Part shown: positions 45,477-56,407 of the stretch, piece after piece
Position numbering within the stretch: the stretch's first letter is position 1
How the letters are laid out: every line of letters begins with the position of its first letter
NCBI GenBank assembly: GCA_964603985.1
Contig: CAZRXG010000001.1
Location: 10,178 to 74,177, forward strand
Source of the DNA: an uncultured Anaerolineae bacterium
GTDB lineage: Bacteria; Chloroflexota; Anaerolineae; Aggregatilineales; UBA3940
Direction of reading: 5' to 3'
Length of the DNA stretch: 64,000 nt
The notes under the pieces: model-generated
Database searches by the model: none
The model's input: the letters and a program-made list of their open reading frames with translations, nothing else
What the model was told of the DNA's origin: nothing
Made by a program: the position numbers and the translations under genes

Positions 45477-46049
45477 ATGTCTGACAACAACGGTCGATAC
45501 GAAGGGCAAGAGCTTCAAACCTTTGTCGTGTACGTTGAGGATAAGCCCGGCGTCCTGAACCGCGTGGCGTCGCTTTTCCGCCGCCGTGCGTTCAACATCG
45601 CCTCGCTGACCGTCGGGCACACCGAGCGGCCCGGGGTCTCGCGCATGACAATCGTCGTCGAGGCGGATGACATGGTAGCCAGCCGAATTGAGGCTAACCT
45701 GTACAAGCTGATCAACGTACTGTACGTGGAGAATCTCACGGCGCAGCCCTCCGTCGTGCGCGACCTGGCCTTGATCAAGGTAGAGGCCACGTCGGAGACT
45801 CGCCACCAAGTCATCCAGATCACCGATGTGTTCCGGGCGCGCGTGGTCGATGTTGCAACCGACTCGGTGATCGTGGAGGTCACCGGCACAGCAGACAAGA
45901 TCGATGGCATCGTCGAGGTGCTGCGCCCCTACGGGATCATCGAGATGGTGCGCACCGGCATTGTGGCGATGAACCGCCGCTCGAACATACTCGCTGCCAG
46001 CCAGGGTTTCGTCATGGCGGGTGTGCCTGAGGGTGTTGCGGCGGACTAG
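45477..46049 (+). CDS. ilvN: Acetolactate synthase small (regulatory, ACT-domain) subunit
   Basis: VYVEDKPGVLNRVASLFRRRAFNIASLTVGHTERPGVSRMTIVV. The ATG at 45477 has GGAGG 6 nt upstream. The ATG at 45471 directly abuts that GGAGG. Confidence 0.9.
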   Translation: MSDNNGRYEGQELQTFVVYVEDKPGVLNRVASLFRRRAFNIASLTVGHTERPGVSRMTIVVEADDMVASRIEANLYKLINVLYVENLTAQPSVVRDLALIKVEATSETRHQVIQITDVFRARVVDVATDSVIVEVTGTADKIDGIVEVLRPYGIIEMVRTGIVAMNRRSNILAASQGFVMAGVPEGVAAD

Positions 46050-46177
46050 GTGCAACCGTGAAAAGCGTGGACGTTGAGCTTAGGCTCTCCCGTCCAGATA
46101 TATCGGGCGCGCGCCGGGACGCACATCCGGCGTGCTGACTGCCCAATCAGAATTACACCAGACAAGGATGTGGAGGA

Positions 46178-47191
46178 ATGGCAACCATTTACTACGACAA
46201 AGATGCAGACCTTGACCTTATCCGTGCGAAGAAAGTCGCCGTCGTCGGCTATGGCTCACAAGGGCATGCCCACGCGCTGAATCTTGCCGACAGCGGTGTG
46301 GAGGTGTGTGTCGGCCTGCGGGAAGGCAGCAAGAGTTGGTCCAAGGCCGAGGAGGAGGGGCTGGATGTGAGGACTGTTGCCGAGGCCGCTGCCTGGGGTG
46401 ACGTGATCATCATGCTGGTGCCGGACACTGCCGCGCCCGCCACCTATGCCGAGCACGTCGCTCCGCACCTCGCCGAGGGCAAGACGTTGATGTTCGCGCA
46501 TGGCTTCAACATCCGTTACGAGACGGTCGAGCCTCCGGAGAACGTCGACGTGAGCATGGTCGCGCCTAAAGCGCCTGGGCACCGCGTCCGTGAATTGTTC
46601 GTCGAGGGGGGCGGTACGCCCGCGCTGTTGGCGGTACACCAGGATGCCAGCGGCCAGGCTCAAGAGGTTGCTCTTGCCTATGCCAGTGCCATCGGCTGCG
46701 GGCGGGCCGGGGTGCTGCTCACCACGTTTGCCGAGGAGACCGAGACCGATCTCTTCGGTGAGCAGGCCGTCCTGTGCGGCGGTGTGACGGCGCTGATCAA
46801 GGCCGGGTTCGAGACACTCGTCAAGGCGGGTTACCAGCCAGAGCTGGCCTACTTTGAGTGCCTGCATGAACTGAAGTTGATCGTTGACCTCATGTACCAG
46901 GGTGGTCTGAACTACATGCGCTACTCGGTCAGTGACACGGCGGAGCACGGCGATTACACCGCCGGGCCGCGTCTCATCACCGAGGAGACGGTGGGCGAGA
47001 TGCAGAATCTCCTCGCCGATATTCAGGATGGGACTTATGCCCGCAAATGGATTGAGGAGAACGAGAAGGGCCGCCCCTGGTTTAACGCGGCCCGCAAGCG
47101 GGAGCAGGAGCACCTGATCGAAAAGGTCGGGGCTGAGCTACGAGAGATGATGCCCTTCCTCAACCCGGTCACGATTAAGCCGGGCGAATAG
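46178..47191 (+). CDS. ilvC: Ketol-acid reductoisomerase
   Basis: [36 protein letters not shown]. The SD is GTGGAGGA. Confidence 0.95.
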   Translation: MATIYYDKDADLDLIRAKKVAVVGYGSQGHAHALNLADSGVEVCVGLREGSKSWSKAEEEGLDVRTVAEAAAWGDVIIMLVPDTAAPATYAEHVAPHLAEGKTLMFAHGFNIRYETVEPPENVDVSMVAPKAPGHRVRELFVEGGGTPALLAVHQDASGQAQEVALAYASAIGCGRAGVLLTTFAEETETDLFGEQAVLCGGVTALIKAGFETLVKAGYQPELAYFECLHELKLIVDLMYQGGLNYMRYSVSDTAEHGDYTAGPRLITEETVGEMQNLLADIQDGTYARKWIEENEKGRPWFNAARKREQEHLIEKVGAELREMMPFLNPVTIKPGE

Positions 47192-47236
47192 GGGCGCTTT
47201 CAACTCTCTACTATCGACTTTAGCCTTTAACACATT

Positions 47237-48913
47237 ATGGGAGCAAATCACATGGTAGACCGGCCAGATGACAGCTACGTGACCATCTTCGACACAACCC
47301 TGCGGGACGGTGAGCAGTCGCCCGGCGCGACGATGACCTCCGCCGAAAAGCTTGAGGTGGCGCGCGCCCTTGCCCGGCTCGGCGTGGATGTGATCGAGGC
47401 CGGTTTCCCGGCGGCATCGCCCGACGATTTCGAGGCGGTGCGCCGCATCGCCGTCGAGGTGGGCAACCACCGCGCGCTCGACCGCGAGCCGCCGGTCATC
47501 TGCGGGCTGGCACGTGCTACCAGGGGGGACATCGACGCCGCGTGGGGGGCCATCCAGGGTGCCGCCCGGCCCCGTATTCACACCTTCCTTGCCACGTCCC
47601 CGATCCACATGAAGCACAAGCTGCGCATGGATCCGGAGGAGGTCGTTGAGCAGGTGATCGAGATGGTCTCCTACGCCCGCAGCCTGTGCCCGGACGTGGA
47701 GTTCAGCCCGGAGGACGCCGGGCGCAGTGACCCGGAGTTCCTGTACGTCGTGCTGGGCGAAGCGATCAAGGCCGGGGCGACAACCCTTAACATCCCTGAC
47801 ACGGTGGGCTACACCACGCCGGATGAGTTCGGGGCGCTGATCGCCGGGATCATGGCGAACACGCCGGGCATTGAAAACGCGGTTGTGTCGGTACACTGTC
47901 ATGATGATCTGGGTCTCGCCACCGCAAACACGCTGGCCGGGATCAGAGCCGGGGCGCGCCAGGCGGAGGTCACGATCAACGGGATCGGCGAGCGGGCTGG
48001 CAACACCTCGCTTGAGGAGGTCGTGATGGCGCTGCGCACGCGCCGCCCGGTTTTCGGCCTGGAGACGGGGCTTGACACCACCCAGATCGCGCGGGTCAGC
48101 CGGATGGTGAGCAACTATACCGGCATCCCCGTCCAGCCGAACAAGGCCATCGTCGGGGCGAACGCCTTCGCGCACGAGGCGGGCATTCACCAGGATGGGA
48201 TTCTCAAGCACCAGGAAACGTACGAGATCATGCGTCCGGAGACGGTCGGTCTGACGCAGTCGCAGTTGGTGCTGGGTAAACACTCAGGCCGCCACGCGCT
48301 GCGGGCCAGGCTCGCCGAGCTGGGCTACGACTTCTCCGACGACGACCTGGGCAAGGTCTTCGACCGCTTCAAGAAGCTGGCCGACAAGAAAAAGACCATC
48401 ACCGATGCCGACCTCGAAGCCCTGATGACCGACGAGATTTACCAGCCGTGCGAAGTGTTCGCGATGGAGGGATTGCAGGTCGCCTGTGGGACGATGGGCA
48501 TGCCGACCGCGACCGTCCGGCTGCGTGGCCCGGATGGGGAGATGCGCACTCAGGCCGCCGTCGGGACCGGGCCAGTGCACGCGGCGTACACGGCGATTGA
48601 CCAGGTCGTTGGTATCCCGGCGACTTTGCTGGAGTTCGCCGTCAACGCGGTGACCGAGGGCATTGATGCCCTGGGAGAAGTGACCGTCCGCATCCAGTAT
48701 GCCAATGGCAGCCAGGACATGCTGGTCAATCCGCAGCATGGGACCACAACCAGCCGCACCTTCGGCGGGCACGGTGCGGACACGGACATCATCGTCGCCA
48801 GCGCGAAGGCTTATCTCGCTGCGCTGAACAAGATGCTGGTCGCTTACGGGTACCAGAATGGGGCGGAAGAAAAGCCCGCCGAAGTCGCCGTTCAGCAGAC
48901 GACTGCCGGGTAG
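47237..48913 (+). CDS. leuA: 2-isopropylmalate synthase
   Basis: [32 protein letters not shown], and a C-terminal LeuA dimerisation/regulatory domain. 558 aa. Confidence 0.9.
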   Translation: MGANHMVDRPDDSYVTIFDTTLRDGEQSPGATMTSAEKLEVARALARLGVDVIEAGFPAASPDDFEAVRRIAVEVGNHRALDREPPVICGLARATRGDIDAAWGAIQGAARPRIHTFLATSPIHMKHKLRMDPEEVVEQVIEMVSYARSLCPDVEFSPEDAGRSDPEFLYVVLGEAIKAGATTLNIPDTVGYTTPDEFGALIAGIMANTPGIENAVVSVHCHDDLGLATANTLAGIRAGARQAEVTINGIGERAGNTSLEEVVMALRTRRPVFGLETGLDTTQIARVSRMVSNYTGIPVQPNKAIVGANAFAHEAGIHQDGILKHQETYEIMRPETVGLTQSQLVLGKHSGRHALRARLAELGYDFSDDDLGKVFDRFKKLADKKKTITDADLEALMTDEIYQPCEVFAMEGLQVACGTMGMPTATVRLRGPDGEMRTQAAVGTGPVHAAYTAIDQVVGIPATLLEFAVNAVTEGIDALGEVTVRIQYANGSQDMLVNPQHGTTTSRTFGGHGADTDIIVASAKAYLAALNKMLVAYGYQNGAEEKPAEVAVQQTTAG

Positions 48914-48935
48914 CCGGGTGAAAGAGGACAAGACG

Positions 48936-50384
48936 ATGACACCCTCACCAACCGGCGACACCCGGCCCCGCACGCTCTTGGAGAAAGTGTGGGCTGACCA
49001 CGTCGTCCTTCAGGAGCCGGACTCGCCAGCCGTGCTGTACATCGACCTGCACCTGGTGCATGAAGTCACCTCGCCTCAGGCCTTCGCCGGGCTGCGTGCC
49101 CGTAGTTTGACCGTCCGCCGCCCGGATAGAACCGTCGCGACGATGGATCACTCCACGCCGACCACGCCGCCGGACGTTCCGATTGCCGACCCGATGGCGA
49201 TGATGCAGCTCAAGCAGCTTGAGGAAAATTGCCGCCAGTTTGGCGTTCCGCTGTATGGGCAGGGATCGGATAAACGGGGCATCGTGCACGTGATCGGGCC
49301 GGAGCTGGGTCTTACCCAACCCGGCATGACCATCGTCTGTGGGGACAGCCACACCGCGACGCATGGTGCGTTTGGGGCTTTGGCGTTCGGCATTGGCACG
49401 AGCGAGGTCGAGCACGTGCTCGCAACCCAGTGTCTGCTCCAACACAGGCCCAAGACCTTTGAAGTTCGCGTTGATGGACGGTTAGGGCCGGGCGTCTCGG
49501 CTAAGGACATCATCCTCCGTCTGATCGCAACCATCGGGATTGGTGGTGGAACCGGGCATGTCGTCGAGTACCGGGGTGAGACAATAGAGGCGCTCTCCAT
49601 GGAAGAGCGTATGACGATCTGCAACATGTCCATCGAAGGCGGCGCGCGGGCGGGCATGGTCGCGCCCGACGATACGACCTTTGAGTATCTCGCCGGGCGG
49701 GAGTTCGCGCCAAGGGGTGAGGCGTGGGATAGGGCCGTCAGGCGCTGGAGGAGCCTGCCAACTGATGATGGTGCGAGCTTCGACAGGTCCATCGCGCTCG
49801 ACGTGTCGGCGCTTGAGCCGATGATCACCTATGGCACCAACCCCGGCATGGGGATGCCGGTCACCGGTCGCGTTCCTGACCCGGTTGAGATCGCCGACTC
49901 GGTGGAAAAGACATCGCTTGAGAAGGCACTGGCTTATATGGATTTACAGCCCGGACAGCCGCTGCTGGGGCACAAGGTGGACGTGGTCTTCATTGGCTCC
50001 TGCACCAACTCGCGTCTCTCCGACCTGCGCCTCGCCGCCGGTGTATTCAAAGGACGCAGGGTTGCCGATGGTGTGCGCACTCTGGTCGTGCCCGGCTCCC
50101 AGCCGATCAAGCGGCAGGCTGAGGCCGAGGGGCTTGATCGCATCTTTAAGGAGGCGGGAGCCGAGTGGCGTGAGGCGGGCTGCTCGATGTGCATTGCCAT
50201 GAACGGTGACCAGCTTGAGCCGGGCCAGTACGCGGTCAGCACGAGCAATCGCAACTTTGAGGGGCGGCAGGGTAAAGGCGGGCGCACGTTCCTGGCCTCG
50301 CCGCTCACGGCGGCGGCGGCAGCCGTCACCGGGGAAGTGGCCGACGTCCGCGAACTGGTGGACTCGAAGATCATTATCTGCTGA
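48936..50384 (+). CDS. leuC: 3-isopropylmalate dehydratase large subunit
   Basis: The ATG at 48936 is preceded by [25 protein letters not shown] and GSCTNSR are aconitase-family motifs. Confidence 0.92.
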   Translation: MTPSPTGDTRPRTLLEKVWADHVVLQEPDSPAVLYIDLHLVHEVTSPQAFAGLRARSLTVRRPDRTVATMDHSTPTTPPDVPIADPMAMMQLKQLEENCRQFGVPLYGQGSDKRGIVHVIGPELGLTQPGMTIVCGDSHTATHGAFGALAFGIGTSEVEHVLATQCLLQHRPKTFEVRVDGRLGPGVSAKDIILRLIATIGIGGGTGHVVEYRGETIEALSMEERMTICNMSIEGGARAGMVAPDDTTFEYLAGREFAPRGEAWDRAVRRWRSLPTDDGASFDRSIALDVSALEPMITYGTNPGMGMPVTGRVPDPVEIADSVEKTSLEKALAYMDLQPGQPLLGHKVDVVFIGSCTNSRLSDLRLAAGVFKGRRVADGVRTLVVPGSQPIKRQAEAEGLDRIFKEAGAEWREAGCSMCIAMNGDQLEPGQYAVSTSNRNFEGRQGKGGRTFLASPLTAAAAAVTGEVADVRELVDSKIIIC

Positions 50385-50409
50385 CGGGGGCGAATGCGTC
50401 GCCCCCGTG

Positions 50410-50447
50410 ACCGGGCCTGTGGAGGCACACCACGCCCGGTTTTGTTT
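50410..50447 (+). terminator. Terminator-like hairpin inside the operon (leuC-leuD spacer)
   Basis: ACCGGGC (50410-50416) pairs with GCCCGGT (50434-50440), followed by TTTGTTTAT. A second hairpin precedes it: GGGGGCGA/TCGCCCCC at 50386-50406. Confidence 0.35.
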
Positions 50448-50488
50448 ATGCGCTACTTGTACAAACGGCAGTTTGAGGAGGAGATTTC

Positions 50489-51115
50489 GTGGCACAGTTT
50501 ACGACGCTGACATCGCGGGTAGTCCCACTCCCCGTGGACAACATTGACACCGACCAGATCATCCCGGCGCGGTTCCTGAAAGTCACCGATAAAGAGGGGC
50601 TGGGCAAGGTGCTGTTCTGCGACTGGCGGTATGAAGAGACCGTTCCTACCGTCAGCGCAGCAGAAAACGCCACACCCAATCCGGAGTTCGTGCTGAACGA
50701 CACACGGTATCAGGGTGCGCAAATCCTGCTGGTGGGGGATAACTTCGGGTGCGGGTCCTCGCGCGAGCACGCCCCCTGGGCGCTCGTCAGCTATGGGTTC
50801 CGGGCGGTCATCTCGACCTCGTTTGCCGATATCTTTCGCAACAATGCCCTGAAGAACGGCCTGCTGCCGCTGATGGTGGACGAGGAAACCCACGCCGACC
50901 TGCTCGACCTGGTCGAGGAGACGACAGAGGCGGCGCTGACCATCGACCTGGAAGCACAGACCGTCAAGCTGCCCGGCGGGCGCACTGTGCTCTTCCCCAT
51001 CGACCCCTTTGCCAGAAGCTGCCTGTTGAAAGGCGTTGACCAGCTTGGCTACCTGCTCTCGTTTGAGGAGGAGATCAGAGTTTACGAGGAGGCCCATGAT
51101 GTCGCGACTGCTTAA
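50489..51115 (+). CDS. leuD: 3-isopropylmalate dehydratase small subunit
   Basis: The GTG start has GAGGAGGAG upstream. [17 protein letters not shown] and [17 protein letters not shown] are present. Confidence 0.92.
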   Translation: MAQFTTLTSRVVPLPVDNIDTDQIIPARFLKVTDKEGLGKVLFCDWRYEETVPTVSAAENATPNPEFVLNDTRYQGAQILLVGDNFGCGSSREHAPWALVSYGFRAVISTSFADIFRNNALKNGLLPLMVDEETHADLLDLVEETTEAALTIDLEAQTVKLPGGRTVLFPIDPFARSCLLKGVDQLGYLLSFEEEIRVYEEAHDVATA

Positions 51116-52721
51116 GGGGGATAATGTCATTCAGGTGTATGACACCACTCTCCGTGATGGTACTCAACGCGAGGGGATTTCGCTCTCCTGCGATGATAAG
51201 GTGCGTATCGCCCGGCGGCTCGACCGGCTTGGCGTGACGTTCATCGAGGGTGGGTGGCCGGGATCCAACCCCAAGGACATTGAGTTCTTCGAGCGTGCCC
51301 GTGACATGGAATGGGAACACGCGCTCGTTGCGGCGTTTGGCTCGACCTGCCGAGTCGGCACCCAGCCGGAGGACGACGCCAACATCCGCGCCCTGCTAGA
51401 CGCGCAGACGCCGGTTTGTACGGTGGTCGGCAAGACCTGGACGCTGCACGTCGCCGACGTGCTGCGCACCACGCCGGGCGAGAATCTGCGCCTCATCGAG
51501 GAGAGCCTGGCCTACCTCGTGAGCCAGAACCGCCGTGTGATCTACGATGCCGAACACTTCTTCGATGGCTACAAGGCCGACCCGGTCTATGCGGTCAAGA
51601 CGCTCAAAGCGGCGATCTGGGGCGGGGCGGAGCTGGTCGTGCTGTGCGATACCAACGGCGGTTCGCTGCCCTGGGAGGTCGAGGCGATCTGCCGGGCGGT
51701 CGGTGAGGAGATCGACCACCCCTTCGGCCTCCACGCGCATAACGACGGCGAGTGCGGTGTGGCGAACACACTCGCGGCGGTGCAGGCCGGAGCGGTTCAC
51801 ATCCAGGGCACGATCAACGGCTACGGCGAGCGCTGCGGCAATGCCAACCTCTGCGCGATCCTGCCCGACCTGGAGATTAAGATGGGCTATCGCTGCCTGC
51901 CCGAAGGCGGCCTGGCCCAGTTGTTTGACGTTGCGCACTTCGTGGCGGAGGTTGCCAACCTCTCTCCCGACGAGCACATGGCTTACGTTGGGCGCAGCGC
52001 TTTCGCGCACAAGGGCGGCATTCACGTCGCTGCCATGCGCCGCAATGTGGACTCCTATCAGCACGTCGACCCGACGCTGGTCGGCAACACCATGCGGGTC
52101 GTTGTCAGCGAGCTTTCGGGGCGCGGCAACCTGAAGAGCAAGGCGGAGGAGTTTGGCCTGAATGCGGAAAACGGCGCGGACATGGCAGGCGTGCTCGAAG
52201 AGATCAAGGAGCTGGAGGCACGCGGGTTCTCCTTCGAGGCGGCGGAGGCCTCGGTGGTGATGATGCTCAAGCGGCAGATGCCGGATTACACCCCACCCTT
52301 TGAGCTGGTCGACTACACCGTTTACGTCGAGCGTCGCGAGGGGCGGGGAATGGTGACCGAGGCAACCGTCAAGATGATGGTCAACGGCGAGATGCTGCAC
52401 ACCGCTTCCGAGGGCAACGGGCCGGTGCATGCGCTGGACAACGCGCTGCGCAAAGCGCTCCTGCCGATCTATCCACCGCTCGCCAGCTTCCAGCTTGTGG
52501 ATTACAAGGTGCGTATCCTCGACGGGCAGAATGGCACTGCCGCCACCACGCGCGTGCTGATCGACACCCAGAATGCGCACGAACGGTGGAGCACAGTTGG
52601 GGCGTCAACCAACATCATCGAGGCGTCCTGGCGGGCGTTGGCCGACAGCATCGAGTACGGGCTGCTGCTGCACAAGGAGGAGTTCGCCCCGGCGGCGGTG
52701 CGGGCGGGAGCCAGCTCGTAG
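51096..52721 (+). CDS. cimA: LeuA-family paralogue of the citramalate synthase type (CimA-like)
   Basis: [54 protein letters not shown] matches the LeuA_rel/citramalate synthase subfamily pattern as I remember it. The ATG is at 51096 or 51099 after GAGGAGG, overlapping leuD by about 20 nt. Confidence 0.75.
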   Translation: MMSRLLKGDNVIQVYDTTLRDGTQREGISLSCDDKVRIARRLDRLGVTFIEGGWPGSNPKDIEFFERARDMEWEHALVAAFGSTCRVGTQPEDDANIRALLDAQTPVCTVVGKTWTLHVADVLRTTPGENLRLIEESLAYLVSQNRRVIYDAEHFFDGYKADPVYAVKTLKAAIWGGAELVVLCDTNGGSLPWEVEAICRAVGEEIDHPFGLHAHNDGECGVANTLAAVQAGAVHIQGTINGYGERCGNANLCAILPDLEIKMGYRCLPEGGLAQLFDVAHFVAEVANLSPDEHMAYVGRSAFAHKGGIHVAAMRRNVDSYQHVDPTLVGNTMRVVVSELSGRGNLKSKAEEFGLNAENGADMAGVLEEIKELEARGFSFEAAEASVVMMLKRQMPDYTPPFELVDYTVYVERREGRGMVTEATVKMMVNGEMLHTASEGNGPVHALDNALRKALLPIYPPLASFQLVDYKVRILDGQNGTAATTRVLIDTQNAHERWSTVGASTNIIEASWRALADSIEYGLLLHKEEFAPAAVRAGASS

Positions 52722-52768
52722 GGGGCAGGGGGCACTCTGTCCGTACCTTGCATGAGGAAAACACGTAG

Positions 52769-53842
52769 ATGACACAGGCAAAGATCATTCTTCTCCCCGG
52801 CGACGGCATCGGCCCGGAGGTTGTCGCGGAAGGCGTAAAAGTTCTTGAGGCTGTCGCGGAGAGGTACGGGCACGATTTCACCTTCGAGAAGCACTTGATG
52901 GGTGGTTGCGCCATCGACGAGTATGGCACAGCGCTCACCGATGAGACGCTTAAAGCGTGCCGCGCCGCCGGCGCTATCCTGCTCGGTGCGGTTGGTGGGC
53001 CGAAGTGGGACGATCCTCTTGCGCCGGTGCGTCCGGAGCAGGGGCTGCTCAAACTGCGTTACGAGCTGGGGCTGTTTGCCAACCTCCGCCCGGTAAAGGT
53101 GTTCCCCCAGTTGTTTGCCTCTTCGCCCCTGCGCCCGGATCGCCTGGACGGGGTGGATATCCTGGTCGTGCGTGAACTGACGGGCGGCATCTACTTCGGG
53201 GAGCCGAGCCTGCGTGAAGAGGTCAATGGGGACATCCGCGCGGTCAGCACAATGGCCTACACCGATGCCGAGATCAGGCGTGTGGTGCGGCTGGCCTTCA
53301 GGCTGGCCCAGGGGCGGCGCAGCAGGGTAACCTCGGTTGACAAGGCGAACGTGCTGGAGGTCTCCCGGCTGTGGCGGCAGGTGGCGCAGGAGGTGGCCGA
53401 CCAGTTCCCGGAAGTTGAGTTCGAGAATCAGCTTGTCGATGCAACGGCGATGCGGCTCATTCAGTGGCCGGCTGCCTTTGACGTGATTGTGACCGGCAAC
53501 ATGTTTGGCGACATCCTGACCGATGAGGCGTCGGTGCTGGCCGGGTCGCTGGGGATGCTGCCCAGCGCGTCATTGGGTGAGGGAAGGTTGGGCCTGTATG
53601 AGCCGATTCACGGCTCGGCGCCGGACATCGCCGGGAAGGGCATCGCCAACCCGATTGGCACGATCCTCAGCACGGCCATGCTGCTGCGCAGCTCGCTGGA
53701 TCTGGAGGATGAGGCGCGCGCGGTCGAGGGGGCAGTTGAGCAGGCGCTCGGCTCCGGAGCGCGGACGGCTGACCTGGGCGGCGATGCCGTCCTTTCGACT
53801 GCTGAAATGGGCGACGCGATATGTGAGCATCTGACAGGGTAG
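52769..53842 (+). CDS. leuB: 3-isopropylmalate dehydrogenase
   Basis: [29 protein letters not shown] and [14 protein letters not shown]. Confidence 0.93.
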   Translation: MTQAKIILLPGDGIGPEVVAEGVKVLEAVAERYGHDFTFEKHLMGGCAIDEYGTALTDETLKACRAAGAILLGAVGGPKWDDPLAPVRPEQGLLKLRYELGLFANLRPVKVFPQLFASSPLRPDRLDGVDILVVRELTGGIYFGEPSLREEVNGDIRAVSTMAYTDAEIRRVVRLAFRLAQGRRSRVTSVDKANVLEVSRLWRQVAQEVADQFPEVEFENQLVDATAMRLIQWPAAFDVIVTGNMFGDILTDEASVLAGSLGMLPSASLGEGRLGLYEPIHGSAPDIAGKGIANPIGTILSTAMLLRSSLDLEDEARAVEGAVEQALGSGARTADLGGDAVLSTAEMGDAICEHLTG

Positions 53843-53849
53843 CAGGGTA

Positions 53850-53899
53850 AGTGAGCAGCGCGCTGCGATATCGCCCGCTGCTCACTCTTTTATCCTTTT
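53850..53899 (+). terminator. Intrinsic terminator of the ilv-leu operon
   Basis: AGTGAGCAGCG (53850-53860) pairs with CGCTGCTCACT (53876-53886), followed by CTTTTATCCTTTT. Confidence 0.7.
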
Positions 53900-53930
53900 C
53901 GCCTGGCTCACGGTCGATGAATTGACCGGG

Positions 53931-55322
53931 TTATGTCCTCGGTGTGGGGGGAATGTCCTGGTGTACGGCATCCTCGCCGACGTATTCCCCGCCGGTGCCG
54001 TTCACAACCTGTCCGTGAGGCCACCGCTGTAAGGCATTCGGCAGAAGGGATGAGCGCACGACGACGCAGGCAACCTTGTAGCGCCGCTCGTCGATAAGAC
54101 GCAGACCTTCCATCAGCCCTTCCTGACGCAGAAATTCCAATGGGCCAAATTCGTCGATGATCAGCAGGTCGCTGGCAGAGACATCGCCCAAGACGCGATC
54201 CCCCCAGGCCATCACCTCAGGGTCGAACTGCCACTGTGTAGTCACCAATTCGGCTGTTCTGCCCGCACGCAACTCTGCCAGTCTGCGGCGCTCGTTGGTC
54301 CCCAGATCGATCAGGTCAATGGCCGATTTGTGCCCATCTTCGAATACGGCCGGAGAGAGCACCCCCCTGACGGTTAGACCCTTCTCGCGGGCGTGTTTTA
54401 CCAGTTGGGCACACCAGGTAGTTTTTCCCATGCCGCTCAGACCGGTAACCAGAACGAGTTGAGGGGTATGTTCGCTGTTGTTGAATATCATGCTCAACGA
54501 AGAGTCCGGTCGCCTCAGAGACTCCGGGGACACCAGCAGGGGACGTCGAGGCAGAATAGCACGTGGGGTGTTCTTTCCGCTTGCCTGTTCGTAGATCACT
54601 TCTGTTCGCATGCCGTAGGCCGACGAGAGCAGCGGCTCGGTGAGTGTCTCCTGTGGGGTTCCGTAGGCCATCACATGCCCCTGTTTCAGCAGCAGCACGT
54701 GGTCGGCATAGGACAGTGCGTTATTGGGGGCGTGGGATGAAATGATAAACGAAAGCCCCTGCCGGGCCAGTTGATCGACCACCTCAAGGACCCGGTGCTG
54801 GTTGCTCAGGTCGAGGTGGGCCGAAGGCTCGTCCATCAGCAGAAAGTCGCATCTTTGTGCCAATCCTCTGGCGATCAAAACAAGCTGGCGCTCGCCCCCG
54901 CTGATTTCTGTATAGGGACGATTCTGAAGGTCAGATAGGCCCACGCTCTCCAGGGCTTCATTGGCAATGGCGTAGTCGTCGCGCGTCGGCCCTCCAAACA
55001 ACCCCAGATGGGGAGCCCGGCCCATCAGCACCATTTCACGGACGGTGTAGGCGAAAGCCGGGATGTGAACCTGGGGGATCAGCCCTACCTGGCGCGCTCT
55101 TTCCCCCGGCGTGTACAGATGGATGTCTTCTCCATTGAGCAGCACCCGTCCCTGAGCGGGCTTGCGAATCCCGGCCAGGCAGGAGAGAAGCGTTGTCTTT
55201 CCGCTGCCATTGCGGCCCAGCACATACAGGGTTTGGCCCGCCTCCAGCTTGAGCGATACATTGTGCAGGACCGGCTCCCCAGGGAGATAGGCGTAACTCA
55301 GGTGCTGTGCCTCCAGGTGCAT
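53931..55322 (-). CDS. ABC importer ATPase (FecE/BtuD-like) fused to a C-terminal THEP1/NTPase_1-like P-loop domain
   Basis: The N-terminal half has GRNGSGKTTLL, ISGGERQLVLIARGL and LLMDEPSAHLD. The C-terminal ~170 aa has a second P-loop LVLVTGLSGMGKTTW and a Walker B-like DLLIIDEFGPLEF. The ATG at 55322 follows GGTGGTGA. GTG at 55331 is the alternative start. Confidence 0.8.
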   Translation of the reverse strand: MHLEAQHLSYAYLPGEPVLHNVSLKLEAGQTLYVLGRNGSGKTTLLSCLAGIRKPAQGRVLLNGEDIHLYTPGERARQVGLIPQVHIPAFAYTVREMVLMGRAPHLGLFGGPTRDDYAIANEALESVGLSDLQNRPYTEISGGERQLVLIARGLAQRCDFLLMDEPSAHLDLSNQHRVLEVVDQLARQGLSFIISSHAPNNALSYADHVLLLKQGHVMAYGTPQETLTEPLLSSAYGMRTEVIYEQASGKNTPRAILPRRPLLVSPESLRRPDSSLSMIFNNSEHTPQLVLVTGLSGMGKTTWCAQLVKHAREKGLTVRGVLSPAVFEDGHKSAIDLIDLGTNERRRLAELRAGRTAELVTTQWQFDPEVMAWGDRVLGDVSASDLLIIDEFGPLEFLRQEGLMEGLRLIDERRYKVACVVVRSSLLPNALQRWPHGQVVNGTGGEYVGEDAVHQDIPPTPRT

Positions 55323-55324
55323 GC

Positions 55325-56407
55325 TCACCACCCTGTCCGGTTACGGCGCAAGAGTACGATCAGCAGCGGCACGCCGATCAGCCCGGTCAGCACACCCAGC
55401 GGGACTTCCCCAGGCAGCAGCGTGCGTGCCACGTTGTCAATTAACAGCATGAAGGCTGCTCCCAGGCTCAGGGAGGCCGGAATCAGGCGTTTGTGGTCCG
55501 GCCCAACCACGATCCGCCCCGCATGGGGCATCACCAGCCCCACCCAGCCGATCACGCCGCTTACCGAAACGGCGATAGCGGTCATCAGCGTTGCGCAGAC
55601 GATGATCGCCAGCTTCAGCCGCACGGGATTAATCCCCAGCGCGGCGGCTTCGTCGTCTCCTAACGATAGGATGTTCAGCCGCCAGCGGATCAGCCACAGG
55701 AAGGCCGAGCCTGCTACGGTAATGGCCGATAAGCCGGGAATGTTGCGCCACGTCACGCTCGTCAGGCTGCCCAACAGCCAGAAGGTGATGGCGGGCAGCG
55801 TGTCGAGCGGGTCGGCGACGTACTTCAGAAGCGATGTCAGGGAGCCAAAGAGCGAGCCAACCAGGATGCCCATCAGGGTCAGGATCAGTATGGGGGTGCT
55901 CTTGTACAGGCGGCTGCCGAAAAACGCCAGCGAGACGGCCAGCAGGCCGAACAGGAACGCCGACAATTGAACCTGCCAGGGACGGCCCAGCAGCAGGAGC
56001 GCAAGCGCCGCACCAAACCCGGCCCCCGACGTGACGCCCAGGATATTCGAATCGACTAGCGGGTTCTTGAAGATACCCTGAAATGCGGTGCCGGTGCTGC
56101 CCAGGCTGGCCCCGATCAAGAGCGCAGCCAGAGCACGCGGCAGACGCACCCGGAGGATCAATAGCTGAGCGGCATCTGGAACGTCGACGGCCAGATCGGG
56201 AAACAGGGGGGAGAGCAAAACCCGCCCCACATCCACCAGCCCGATCTCATAGCGCCCCAGCGCCAGCGCCAGGAAGAACAAAACGAGCGGCAGGGCTAAC
56301 AACAACCAATCAGTCCAGTAGTGCTGGATGAAGGTTAGCCCTGCCGGTGAGCCGTCACTCGATCTTGCAGAGCGCGGCAACTTCTTCGGCTTGGATAGCG
56401 TAGCCAT
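55325..56407 (-). CDS. FecCD/BtuC-family ABC importer permease
   Basis: GVIGWVGLVMPHAGRIVVGPDHKRLIPASL...PLGVLTGLIGVPLLIVLL. All plausible in-frame starts (TTG 56455, ATG 56407, TTG 56380) lie inside the 3' end of the binding-protein gene, so the start is uncertain. Confidence 0.8.
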   Translation of the reverse strand: MATLSKPKKLPRSARSSDGSPAGLTFIQHYWTDWLLLALPLVLFFLALALGRYEIGLVDVGRVLLSPLFPDLAVDVPDAAQLLILRVRLPRALAALLIGASLGSTGTAFQGIFKNPLVDSNILGVTSGAGFGAALALLLLGRPWQVQLSAFLFGLLAVSLAFFGSRLYKSTPILILTLMGILVGSLFGSLTSLLKYVADPLDTLPAITFWLLGSLTSVTWRNIPGLSAITVAGSAFLWLIRWRLNILSLGDDEAAALGINPVRLKLAIIVCATLMTAIAVSVSGVIGWVGLVMPHAGRIVVGPDHKRLIPASLSLGAAFMLLIDNVARTLLPGEVPLGVLTGLIGVPLLIVLLRRNRTGW

